DNA from: Narcine bancroftii
Taxonomy: Eukaryota
Assembly: GCF_036971445.1 (NCBI RefSeq)
Contig: NC_091473.1
Location: 103,788,001-103,852,000 of the forward strand
DNA: 64,000 bases
Direction of reading: 5' to 3'
Shown one piece after another: positions 1 to 11,249 of this stretch (its first letter is position 1; every line of letters starts with the position of its first letter). Below the pieces are notes generated by a model, which did no database searches, was not told the origin of the DNA, and saw only the letters and a list, made by a program, of their open reading frames with translations. Both the position numbers and the translations under genes were made by a program.

Positions 1-10
1 TTGTGCTTAC

Positions 11-178
11 TTAAACATAAATTTTCCGGCTAAATACTGATAATTCCTTGTGGGGCTATTGGGATTTTCCTCATCAACAGGAGAAATGTAGGACTCCCAT
101 GTGAATGAGGGCCCTCCTTTTTGGCGAGAGTTTCCTGTTGATTTGCTGATAAATGTATGCTCAGGTGACTCTTCGATG
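11..178 (-). CDS. Candidate internal coding exon of an unidentified host gene (168 bp, phase 2-2)
   Basis: Open minus frame IEESPEHTFISKSTGNSRQKGGPSFTWESYISPVDEENPNSPTRNYQYLAGKFMF. It ends at a strong donor AA|GTAAGC. The acceptor AAAG| is weak, and an in-frame stop lies just upstream of it. Non-repetitive sequence, phase-compatible with exon 44654-44932. Confidence 0.45.
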
Positions 179-478
179 CTTTTATTTTTTTAAAAATAAA
201 TAGTAGTTTAATTTTATTTTGAAGTGTTTATCAGCATCAGAGAAAGTTGAGTTTAGACAGGTGAAAAATCAGGTTAATCAGATATCTTGTTTTTTTTTAA
301 ATATTTTTTTATTTTTCACACTGTGAAGCTTATCAACCAAACATTTCTCATTAAATATACACAGTGGCATTTTCTCCCTTCCCCCTTTCTCTCCCTCCCC
401 TCTTCCCACCCCCCCCCCTCCAAAACCCATAAATATTCAACATATACAATACAAGAAAACCATAAAACAATATCTTCA

Positions 479-967
479 TGGGTACTTGAGCTGGCAGAGT
501 CCGCAAGCATCGAATCCATGCTGCTGAAGACCCAACTGCGCTGGGTGGGTCACGTCTCCAGAATGGAGGACCATCGCCTTCCCAAGATCGTGTACTATGG
601 CGAGCTCTCCACTGGCCACCAAGACAGAGGTGCACCAAAGAAGAGGTACAAGGACTGCTTAAAGAAATTTCTTGGTGCCTGCGACATTGACCACCGCCAG
701 TAGGCTGATATCGCCTCCAACCGTGCATCTTGGCGCCTCACAGTTCGGCGGGCAGCAACCTCCTTTGAAGAAGACCGCAGAGCCCACCTCACTGACAAAA
801 GGCAAAGGAGGAAAAACCCAACCCCAACCAACCAATTTTCCCCTGCAACCGCTGCAACCGTGTCTGCCTGTCCCACATCGGACTTGTCAGCCACCAACAA
901 GCCTGCAGCTGACGTGGACATTTACCCCCTCCATAAATCTTCATCCGCGAAGCCAAGCCAAAGAAGA
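479..967 (+). mobile_element. RTE LINE 3' fragment (copy a)
   Basis: QLRWVGHVSRMEDHRLPKI...GELSTG..RGAPKKRYKD, the C-terminal zinc finger region, and the 3' end gaagccaagccaaagaaga shared with the other RTE copies. Confidence 0.93.
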
Positions 968-1150
968 TTAACTCCTGTCCAAAATTATCCTTTAATAAAG
1001 CCTGTACTTGATAATAAGCAAATAATGAGTTTGCTGGTATTCCATATTTTTCTTGAAGACTAGTAAAAGGAAGAAACACTCCCCTCTCAAAACAATCTTC
1101 TATTGTTTTAATGCCCTTTAAGTACCTAATTTTTAAATATTGATTATTCA
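968..1150 (-). mobile_element. L1 ORF2 fragment of a different subfamily, between two RTE pieces
   Basis: Translates KGIKTIEDCFERGVFLPFTSLQEKYGI, homologous to but diverged from KGIKRIENCFLGNNLLTFEQLKDKYGI in the host L1 near 2500-2590. Confidence 0.75.
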
Positions 1151-1647
1151 TAGGTACTCGAGATGGCAGAGGCCGACAGTATCGAATCCACGCTGCTGAA
1201 GATCCAACTGCGCTGGGTAGGTCACATCTCCAGAATGGAGGACCATCGCCTTCCCAAGATCGTGTTATATGGCGAGCTCTCCACTGGCCACTGAGACAGA
1301 GGTGCACCAAAGAAGAGGTACAAGGACTGCCTAAAGAAATCTCTTGGTGCCTGCCACATTGACCACCGCCAGTGGGCTGATCTCGCCTTAACCCGTGCAT
1401 CTTGGCGCCTCACAGTTCGGTGGGCAGCAACCTCCTTTGAAGAAGACCGCAGAGCCCACCTCACTGACAAAAGACAAAGGAGTAAAAACCCAACACCCAA
1501 CCCCAACCAACCAATTTTCCCTTGCAACCGCTGCAACCGTGTCTGCCTGTCCCGCATCGGACTTGTCAGTCACCAACAAGCCTGCAGCAGACATGGACAT
1601 ACCTCTCCATAAATCTTCATCAGCGAAGCCAAGCCAAAGAAGAAAAG
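1151..1647 (+). mobile_element. RTE LINE 3' fragment (copy b)
   Basis: Same RTE segment as copy a, with a GAA-rich tail followed by the TSD aaaacaatatcttca (1648-1662; partner at 464-478). Confidence 0.93.
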
Positions 1648-1740
1648 AAAACAATATCTTCACACAAAGTAAAATGAACAAGAAAAATGTGTCATCTATT
1701 TGTTACACAGTGAATCAAGTCGTTTTGTCTTCTTATCATT

Positions 1741-4350
1741 TTAGGGGATGGAGGTCCGAGGCAGGCTCTCTCTGTTATGTTCCATGTATGGTTCCCAAAT
1801 TTGTTCAAACAATGTGACTTTATTTTTTAAATTATATGTTATTTTTTCCAATGGAATACATTTATTCATTTCCATGTACCATTGCTGTACTCTCATGTTC
1901 TCTTCCATTTTCCAAGTTGACATTATACATTTTTTTGCTACAGCTAAGGCTATCATAATGAATCTTTTTTGCACTTTATCCAATTTGAGGGCTAATTCTT
2001 TGCTTCTTATGTTACTTAAAAGAAAGATCTCTGGATTTTTTGGTATGTTATTTTTTGTGATTTTATTTAATATCTGATTTAGATCTTCCCAAAACATATT
2101 CACTTTCTCACATGGCCAAATTGCATGTATTGCTGTTCCCATTTTCTTCTTACAGCGAAAACATCTATCTGATAATGTTGGATCCCATTCTTTTAATTTT
2201 TGAGGAGTGATATACAACCTGTGTAACCAATTATACTGTATCATGCGTAACCTTATGTTTATTGTATTCTTCATAGTTCCAGAACATAACTTTTCCCATG
2301 CTTCATTTTTTATCTTTATGTTTAAATCCTTTTCCCACTTTTGTTTAGGTTTATAGTTTATTTCATCATTTTCCTTATCTTGCAGCTTAATGTACATGTT
2401 TGTTATAAATCTGTAATCACATATTCAAAGCTGCTTTCTTATGATAATCTCAGTCTGTTTCCCAATTTATCCTTTAAATAAGCTTTCAGTTGATGATATG
2501 TTATTCCATATTTGTCCTTCAACTGTTCAAATGTTAATAAATTATTTCCCAAAAAACAATTTTCTATTCTTTTGATTCCTTTTCTCTCCCATTCTCTAAA
2601 GGAAAGTTATCTATTGTAAAAGGGATTAGTGGATTTTGCATCAATATTAATTTTGGTATTTGGTAATTCATTTTTTTCATTTCTAAGTGGATCTTCTTCC
2701 ATATATTAAGTAAATGATGCAATACTGGTGAGCTTTTATATTGTACCAACTTTTCATCCCACTTATAACGTATATGTTCCGGTACCTTCTCCTCTATTTT
2801 ATCTAGCTCTATCTTGGTCCAGTCTGGTTTTTCCCTTGTCTGGTAAAAATCTGATAAATAACTTAATTGTGCAGCTCTATAATAATTTAAAGTTAAATAT
2901 AATAAAGTTTGGGAACTGCAAACCACCTTGGTTATACCTCTCTGTTAATTTATCTAATGCTACCCTTGGTTTCCTCCCTTTCCACAAGAATTTCCTTATT
3001 ACTCTCTTTAGTTCATTAAAGAATTTTGCTGTTAAGGGAATTGGTAACATTTGAAATATGTATTGTATCCTTGGAAACATGTTCATTTTAATGCAGTTTA
3101 CCCTCCCTATCAACATTAACGGTAATTCTTTCCAATGTTCTAAGTCTTCCTGTAATTTATTTATTAACGGTTGATAATTTAGTTTGTAAAAGTGGCTTAA
3201 GTTATTATCTAACCTGATCCCTAGGTATCGCATTGCTTGGGCTTGCCATTTAAATGGTGATTCTTTTTAAAATTCTGTATAATCCGCATTACTCATTGGC
3301 ATCACTTCACTTTTCTTTGCGTTGATCTTGTACCCAGATATTTCTCCATATTCCTTCTATTTCTTATGTAATTATTTTATTGATATCTCTGGTTCTGTTA
3401 GGTATACTATGATGTCATCTGCAAATAAGCTGATTTCATACTCCTCCTTTATTTTTATCCCTTTTATTTTATTTTCTATTCTTATCAGTTCTGCCAAAGG
3501 TTCTATTGCTAAGGCGAACAATGAGGGGACATCCCTGTCTAGTTGACCTACTTAATTTAAATTGGCTATATATATATCCATTTACTGTTACCTTCGCCAA
3601 TGGTCTATTATACAATGCTTTGATCCAATTAATATATTTTTCTGGTAGGTTGAACTTCTGTAATACTTTAAAATAGTAGTTCCACTCTACTCTGTCAAAG
3701 GCTTTTTCTGCATCTAAAGCAATAGCCACTGTTGGTTTCTTATTTCCTTGAACTGCATGAATTAGATTTATTAGTTTACAGACATTATCTGCTGTTCGTC
3801 TTTTCTTAATAAATCCAGTTTGATCTTGTTTTACCATTTTTGGTACACAATTGGCCAATCTGTTTGCTAATAATTTTGCTATTATTTATATTCTGAGTTA
3901 AGTAGAGATATTGGTCTATATGATGCTGGTGTTAATGGATCCTTCCCCGTCTTTGGTATTACTGTAATTATTGCTGTCTTACATGAATCTGGAAAATTTT
4001 ATGTTTCTTCTACTTGATTCATTACTTCGAGGAGAGGAGGAATTAATAACTCTTTAAATGTTTTATAAAATTCTATTGGAAATCCATCTATTATTTCCTC
4101 CTCTATTTTGATTGGTACATTTTTGTTAACTAATATGGCTACACCTCTAGCTTTTGAATTATATGATGCTGCAGCTACGTGTCCTACCCAGTCTCTCTTT
4201 AATTTGTTATGTTCCACTTCAGTTGGATGCGTTTCCTGCACAAATGCTATATCTATTTTTTCTTTCTTCAGTAAATTTAGTAGCCTCTTCCTTTTAATTT
4301 GTTTATGTATTCCATTAATGTTTATAATCATATAGTCAATGTGGCCATCT
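1741..4350 (-). pseudogene. L1 ORF2 (endonuclease-RT-zinc knuckle), frameshifted, with an endonuclease-to-RT deletion
   Basis: ORF pieces 3999-4331, 3469-3858, 2877-3233, 2564-2926 and 1741-2397 are collinear L1 ORF2 segments. Junction EEIID|GFPIEFY near 4086. Confidence 0.9.
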
Positions 4351-4799
4351 TATATCTTGCTTACGCCTCTTTTCTGCTTCCTCACCACCTCCATCCTCCT
4401 TTCTCCCATTTTCATCTTAGTTTTCCCTTTTTAATGTATGACAACACATTTAAAACATAAAATACCCCAACAGTTCCCACACCCAATAATACCTTAACCC
4501 CAAATGCTCCCCCCTCTCTGAGTTGCCCCTTATCCCTTGCCGGGCAACCACAACTCCCCTTTCCATTTGGATTGTGATCTTTCTCGCAAGTGTCAGCTGA
4601 TTTTGCAGTGATAGTTATTCCCTCTCCCCCAGCTCCCCACAGAAAACACTTATTTAATAGATATAACAAAGCTCTCTTTTTTCCTCTTACTTCCTTCCTT
4701 CCTTCCCTTCTCTTTTCCCTCTTTAGTTCTTTACATATACATTGTTTTTACATCTTTATATATATTTTATCACTGATTTTCATTCTTGTTACATCTCTT

Positions 4800-6163
4800 C
4801 ATCTCTTTTTCTGTCTTGCAAACATTCTGCGAATTCTTGTGCTTCTTCCGGATCCGAGAACAGTCTGTTTTGCTCCCCAGGTATAAATATTTTAAGCATG
4901 GCTAGATGTCTTAACATGAATTTATAACCTTTTTTCCATAAAATCGTTTTCGCTGTATTAAATTCCTTCCTCCTCTTTAAGAGTTCAAAACTTGTTTCTG
5001 GGTAAAAATGGCTTATTATCTTCTCTAACTTTGTTCCTTGTCCGTTCCAGTATATTTTCTCTTGTCGTGTATCTCAAAAATTTTACTAAGATGGATCTTG
5101 GTTTTTGATGTGTCTGTGGTTTCAGAGCTAATCCACTTTGTGCCCTTTCTATTTCCATTTATTCCTGTATTTCTGTCGTTCCCAGGACCTTCGAGATCCA
5201 TCCTTTTATAAATTCTTTCATGTCTGTGCCCTCTTCACCCTCCTTCAGGCCCACTATTTTTATATTGTTTCGCCTACTATAATTTTCCAAAATATCAGTT
5301 TTCTGAGATAACAACTCTTGTGTCTCTTTAATTTTTTTGTCACTTTCTTCCAATTTTTCTCAAGTCATTTACTTCCATTTCTACAGCCATTTCCCACTCT
5401 TCCACATACTCTACTCTTTTCCCTGTTTCTGTCATGACCAGCTCTAAACTTTGCGTTTTATCTTCTGCTCTTTTCATTTTTCTTTTAATTGGACTAAATT
5501 CTAATGACAACCATTCTTTTAATGCTCTCATTTGTTTTTCAAAAAAGGTTTTTTCTATATTCTGCCCATCTGTTTTACCTTCTATTTCTCAGTGAGATTT
5601 TGGACTTCTTCTGTGTCTGTACCTGTGTTTGTGTCTTCTTCCTTTTTTTTTCTGTGTCTCATCTATTTTTCCTGATGAGCTGCTTATATCTCTCTGCCGG
5701 GCCTCCTCTTGCTGGGCCTCTTGCTGTTGATCTTCCCCTCCTGGGCTGCCCGTCTGTCGGGCTTCCTGTTGTTGATCCTCGTCAGTTACTCTGCTGTCAT
5801 TCTCCCTCATCTGTTTCCTCGCTCCCTCCACTGCTGCCATCCTCATCCTCCTGTTGAGTGCCTGGTGTCAGGAGTCCTTCAGCTGGTCATGCTGTGGCTG
5901 CCCGCTCCACTGCTGAGACCCCCTCCCATCAGTGTTTTATTTTTCCTTTGATTGCGCACTTTTGTTTGGCTCTGAGAACCATTTTTGAAGTCCACCGGTT
6001 GTGAGGTCGCGACTCCGCAGGGCAGGCACCAACCTCAGGGATCGGGCGTTCCTCGCCACCTCAGCTCCCTATTCCTTCGTGCAGGTAAGGCCGCCTTCTT
6101 TCTTCTCTGGTGACTTTTCTTTTTTTTTCCAGTTGTTTTTACTTTCTCCTTCTTGGGTGCCAT
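4800..6163 (-). pseudogene. L1 ORF1 (transposase_22-type RNA-binding protein), disrupted
   Basis: ATG at 6163 (MAPKKEKVK), a Q/E-rich and coiled-coil-like stretch, SRRNNIKIVG, and a C-terminus LKIFIPGEQNRLFSDPEEA matching ORF 58394-58648. Confidence 0.8.
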
Positions 6164-6455
6164 CTTCTTTCTCTTCTCTGTAACTTTATCTTTTATTTCT
6201 TATATTTTTAATTTGTTGAGCTTTGTCTTTGCCTAACATTTTTTCCTTTTTTCTGGAGAGGGCTGGTTTTACCCGACCAGCCACTACTCCATCACGTGAC
6301 TCCCCCAATCAGATATCTTGTTATTTTTTTTTGTCCAATATTTTCATGAATGTGGTACATTCCAAAAAAAGGATATCAGGGATGAGTTTTATTTTCCTCT
6401 GGAGAGATGCTAGAATATTCCTAGACATCATAAATTTTCCTACAATCTTATAATG

Positions 6456-6630
6456 TAAACACTGCAATGATGGAAGAACTCAGTAGGTCTCTCAGCGTCC
6501 ATGGGGGGGTAAATATATATAACTGATGTTTCAGGCCTGAGACCTTTCTGTGCAGCCCCGCTGAGTTGCTCCAGCATTTCTGATTTTTCATAACAATCAC
6601 AGCATCTGCAGCCTTTCGTATTTCACTTGC
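6456..6630. repeat. Short Penelope-derived repeat with internal inverted arms
   Basis: Inverted motifs atgatggaagaactcag ... ctgagttgctccagcat. Related to the terminal part of the Penelope element at 34390-34540 and to pieces near 19600, 21670, 30310 and 60640. Confidence 0.55.
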
Positions 6631-7530
6631 AATCTTATAACCCTTAAATGACCTTTATTTATGATGAGTAGAGTGGATTTAAATAAAACTCAGAAAATGG
6701 AACCAATGATTGAATAAACAAATCAATTAAGGTACTAATGTCAACCTGAGACTGGAGAGAAGGGTGTGTAAGTATCTGGTAAAAGCAGAAAGAGGATATT
6801 GGCATACAGGAAATGGCTTTATTGGTTAATAGATGGGGAGTGATTTTATTTTTTTGCACTGTCTCGTCTGTATCTGGGTCATATAACCATATAACCATTT
6901 ACGGAGCGGAAACAGGCCATGTTGGCCTTTCGAGTCCGCACCGGTTCACTGATTTTGCGCGCCCTCTTCAGGCATTGGTGATTTTAAGTGTAGTGTATCT
7001 TTGAGAATTTTAACATCTATCCATAGGTACTCTGTACTTTGGATGTGAAATCTCATATTAAAATATTCAAAAACATTGGCTGTGTGGGAGAAGCCAGTGA
7101 GTGGCTGTGGACAATAGCTTCTCAGACTGGAGGCCTGTGACTAGTGGTGTGCTGCAGGGATCGGTGCTGGGTCCAGCGTAGCTTGTCATCTCGATCCACA
7201 ATCTGGACAACAATGTCATATGATGTTTATTTTGTTAACTGTTGAATAAATGGAGCTATGGCATTTCTCCTTGGTTTGCCAAGTGTACAACTTGTACTTT
7301 ATAAGATGTTTCTCATTTCTTGGACAATCACTCGTGCAAAACATAAGTTCAGCTGGAGAAGCTCATCCTTGGGCTCCAGGGAAAATCCAGGAACTAGCAG
7401 ATTAAATAGCCAGGGGGAGAGACAGCTATTTTTGTTGCCACAAATAATTTTTCAGAATGAAATGTCATCTCTCAGAAGACAGCATCAAGGATGTTGGCAA
7501 GCAGCTGAAATATATATATTTTTTGAGGGG

Positions 7531-7748
7531 TGATGCAACATCAATTACTCAAAGACTGTTGTTGAGAAACCAATAGGCATTTATTCACTAAAGAACAAAG
7601 GCACCTCCATACTACTCGACTGTCCTGCACTGAGGAGGGGTCTTTGGAATAGTCACCTTTATACAGGAGCCTGTGGGAGGGGCCACAGGTACAGCCGGCC
7701 AATATGTGTCCCCGACCAAACAAATACATGCAACAGTGATCTACCACA
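7531..7748 (-). repeat. 3' LTR of the Gypsy element
   Basis: Aligns by eye with 10875-11082 and has TG...CA ends. Confidence 0.9.
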
Positions 7749-10700
7749 TTCACTCTAGTGGGGTGAAGTGGTGCCTACAAAGTCATAAAAAAAGTCTCTC
7801 AGGTGGTCTGGTCAGTTGTTGGGACTGTCGTAGTACCGGTTGTGACTGCGCTGCAGTGATGGGGTCCTAGGTGTTCTTGGGTGCCTCTATGTGATCATAA
7901 GTACTGTGCTGTTGGGTACGCAACAATGAGACTGGTGTATTCTCTGTTGGGGAAGAGGCAGGGTTCCATGGTTCAGATGCATCTTGTGTGGTCAGGGGAG
8001 TGGGGTGATCAGTGGAGATCTCCAGGGCCCCTGGAGAAGCCAGATCCCTAATGGAGATGGTGTCTGTCAGGTTACGCCATGTAAACATATTGGGGATTGG
8101 CATGGAAGAGATGGATCTTTTTGATCAGATGGTTGGACTTGTGGCTTCTCACATGCTTCCAGAGTGGGACTGACCCTGGGGATGTCAGCCACACTGGCAG
8201 TGTGGTCCCTGTAGCAGATTTCCTTGGAAAAGAAAACACATGTTCTTGGGGTGTGGCATTCATGGCCGAACATATAAGGTACCTGATGGACTGGAGCACC
8301 TCCGGGAGGATTGCTTGCCAGCTGGTGACTGGAAGGCCCCTTGTCTGCAAGGTCAGGTGCCTTGACAATGGCTTGGGCCCCTTTCTATACCGAGGAGTGC
8401 CCTGTAAGGTATGGGAAAAGAAAGCAACTGGTTTGTCTGCCTGGTTAAGGGTGGCAGCCAGGGTGAAGTAAGATGGAACACTTTCCACCCAGAATGGGAC
8501 AGATTCATCTACAGTGTGCATTGTTGCCTTGGCAATGTCTGCCTTGATGTGCTTGAAGGCTGCATGAACCTCTGCCGTCAGCAGGAAGGATGTGGATTTG
8601 ATGAGAGGGTGGGCTTTGTCTATATTATTAGGGACCCATTGGGCATCAGAGAAGAACCTAAGACACCTCTACAGGGCCTTAAGGCAGTGGGAGAGTGGAA
8701 GTACCAAGAGCGGCCGCATGTGCTCAGGGGTCTGGGCCAATTAATTCATTCTCAATGACACAGCCGAGAATAGCAAAGTGGGTTATGGGAGATACGCACT
8801 TGGCCTTGTACGTAAGGTTGAGTAGCTTGGCAGTTTGGAGAAATTTCTGAAGCTCCTGTAGGTTGCAGCTGAATATGGAGACATTGTCAAGGTATGGGAA
8901 AGTGGCCTGTAGTTCGTACTGGTCCACCACACACATTCCATCTCCCATTGGAAGACCGAGATGTGATTTGTAATGCCAAAGGGAATAGTAGAGGCAGTCA
9001 TCCACCTTGAACCCAGTGTATTGGCAGTCGTCCAGGTGATGGGGAGCTGGAGAGCTAGACTCCAGGTCAAAGATAGAAAAGACCTGATACTGTGCAATTT
9101 GGTTCACAACGTCAGCTATGCGGGGGAATGGGGTACGTATCTAATTATGTGTGTTGATGGTCTGACTGTAGTCAATGACCATCCTGTTCTTCTCCTCATT
9201 CCTCACGACCATTACCTGTGCTCTTCAAGGGCTTGTACTGGCTTCAATGATACCCTCCTTAAGTAAACGCTGTACCTCTGCCCAAATGAAGGGCCTGTCC
9301 CCAGCACTGTACTGTCTACTTTTAGTGGCAATGGGTTTTTCAGTCAGGGGTGAGGTTGCTGAACAATGGTGGAGGGGTGATTTTAAGTGTGGAGAGCCTG
9401 CAGGTTGTGTCTGGTGACCGACTGGGTTGTTGGCCATGTATGATTGAGGGGGGGTGGGGGAGCATGGCAGTCAGTTTGAAAATTGACAGTTAGAGAGAGT
9501 GAAAGGTGGATGGGGCCCATCAAACTCCATCATCATGCTTTTAAAATGACATTGAAAATCAACTCCCAAAACCACAGCAACACAGAGCTATGACATTACC
9601 AGAAGTTTAAAGTCTTTATTCCACATGGTTAGAGTCACTACGTAGTAGACCTAAACATTTGCTGTATGCATTCTGGAGGCCAAGAAGACCTTCTTGTGCA
9701 CTGGCATTACTGCGAGGGAGAAGCATCTCATCGTGTCGGGGTGTATAAAGCTCTCTGTGCTCCCGCTGTTGAATAGGCAACTTGTCTCATGGCCGTTTAC
9801 CTTAATGTCCATCATCGACCTGGCAAGCTGCTGCAGGCAGTCCTTGTCAAATGTGATGGAGGTCAGTGTCGGATTGCTGCTTGTCACTGTTATGGAGGAT
9901 GGTGGTGTCCAAGATTGTGACCTCCAGGGCCCGCATGTGGCGCTGCTGGATCCCGAAGATGCCACCCTCCACGGTTTGCACATTGCGCTGCTGGCTCCCA
10001 GAGATGGCAATATCCAGGATGGCAGCCCCCATGATCCACACATGGTGCTGCGAGGAAGGAGATTAGACTTGCATACTTTGGTGTAGTGTCCTTTCTCCCG
10101 CAGCTGGAGCAAGTCGAATTCTTCGCTGGGCAACGTTTCCTCTGGTGCTTGCCCAGGCCACAGAAGTAGCACTTCTGGTGCTCCTGGAATACCGCGGCTG
10201 TAGTCAGGTCATTGACGGAACTGGGCGAAAGCGGTGGGAGGTGTTTGTGATGCACTGCTGCTGTGGTTGACTTGTTAGTGGAACAAGATGGCAGCATCTG
10301 GGTAACCATGAGGCGGCCATGTTATCTGAATAGGCCTCCACATTCTGGAGGGCCACCTCTAGCGTACCTGCCAGCTCAACTGCTCTCCGCAGACTGAGCT
10401 CCCCTTGTTCCAAAAGTCTCTGGCAGATGTAGTTCGACCTGATCCAAGCGACATAGGCATCCCTGATCAGGCCCTCAGTGTACTCGGCAGCAGTCATGGC
10501 TTTACATTCACAGGCTCTTCTGAGGGCTCACAGGGCCTGAAGGTACTTGGCGTTTGACTCATCAGATCGCTGTTTGCGGTTCTTGAAGGTGCCTGGCATA
10601 GACATTGTTGATCTTCCGCAAGTAATGGCCTTTAAGAATGACCATAGCTTCCTGGTATGATGTGGCATCCCTGATCATAGATCAGGGTGCTGATTCGAGA

Positions 10701-10874
10701 GTGCAGTACCTGTAATTTATTGGTCTCTGCACGATGGATGAAGATGCCCGCAGGAATGCTTCAAATCATTGTAGCCAGAATTCAGTTGATAGATGCCGCA
10801 GGTTATTGCGGGTCAATTTCCAGCTTTTAAGGCTTCAGGATCTGCTCCATTGCAAAAAAATTAGTGAACAAAAT

Positions 10875-11082
10875 TGATGCACCATCGATTATTCAAAGAC
10901 TGAGATTGAGAAACTAATAGGTTTTTATTCACTAAAGAACAAAGGCACCTCCATACTTCTCGACTGTCCTGCACTGAGGAGGGGGCTGTAGAACAGTCAC
11001 CTTTATACAGGAGCCTGTGGGAGGGGCCACACGTACAGCCAGCCAATGGGTGTGCCCGACTAGACAAATACATACAACAGTG
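10875..11082 (-). repeat. 5' LTR of the Gypsy element, outer ~10 bp missing
   Basis: TATAAA on minus at 11002-11007 and AATAAA near 10924-10929. Diverged copy of 7531-7748. Confidence 0.88.
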
Positions 11083-11249
11083 CAGGAGGGGTTGTTTGTG
11101 ATGAGGGAAGATGAACAGTTAGCAGTTGCTGTTTGCATCAGTACCAATAGCATGGATAAACACGTGGCTGGGAGATTAAAAAGCAGGACCCGCAGATGAA
11201 TTCAAGGCTGGTAAAAAGATAGTTAGAAGGGGTTTAAATTGCTGATGCA

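Larger units (their letters stand above)
292..6306 (-). mobile_element. 5'-complete L1/Tx1-clade LINE, internally deleted and decayed
   Basis: 16-bp TSD aatcagatatcttgtt at 276-291 and 6307-6322. A-rich tail at 292. ORF1 remnants (ENYSRRNNIKIVGLKEGEEG) and ORF2 remnants (ININGI endonuclease start, ALDAEKAFDRVEW, RQGCPL, CFRC...HAIWPC zinc knuckle). Confidence 0.93.
7531..11082 (-). mobile_element. Gypsy/Ty3 LTR retrotransposon, decayed, integrase mostly deleted
   Basis: Direct LTRs at 7531-7748 (TG...CA) and 10875-11082. Gag starts at ATG 10850 and has two zinc knuckles (CYFCGLGKHQRKRC, CSSCG..GHYTKVC). Protease LFNSGSTESFI, RT (FSIFDL, FPYLDNV), RNase H (PVAFFSHTL). Confidence 0.92.

Noticed and set aside
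287-1817. Many overlapping ORFs on both strands
   Set aside because: They are alternative frames and antisense shadows of RTE and L1 fragments, not host genes.
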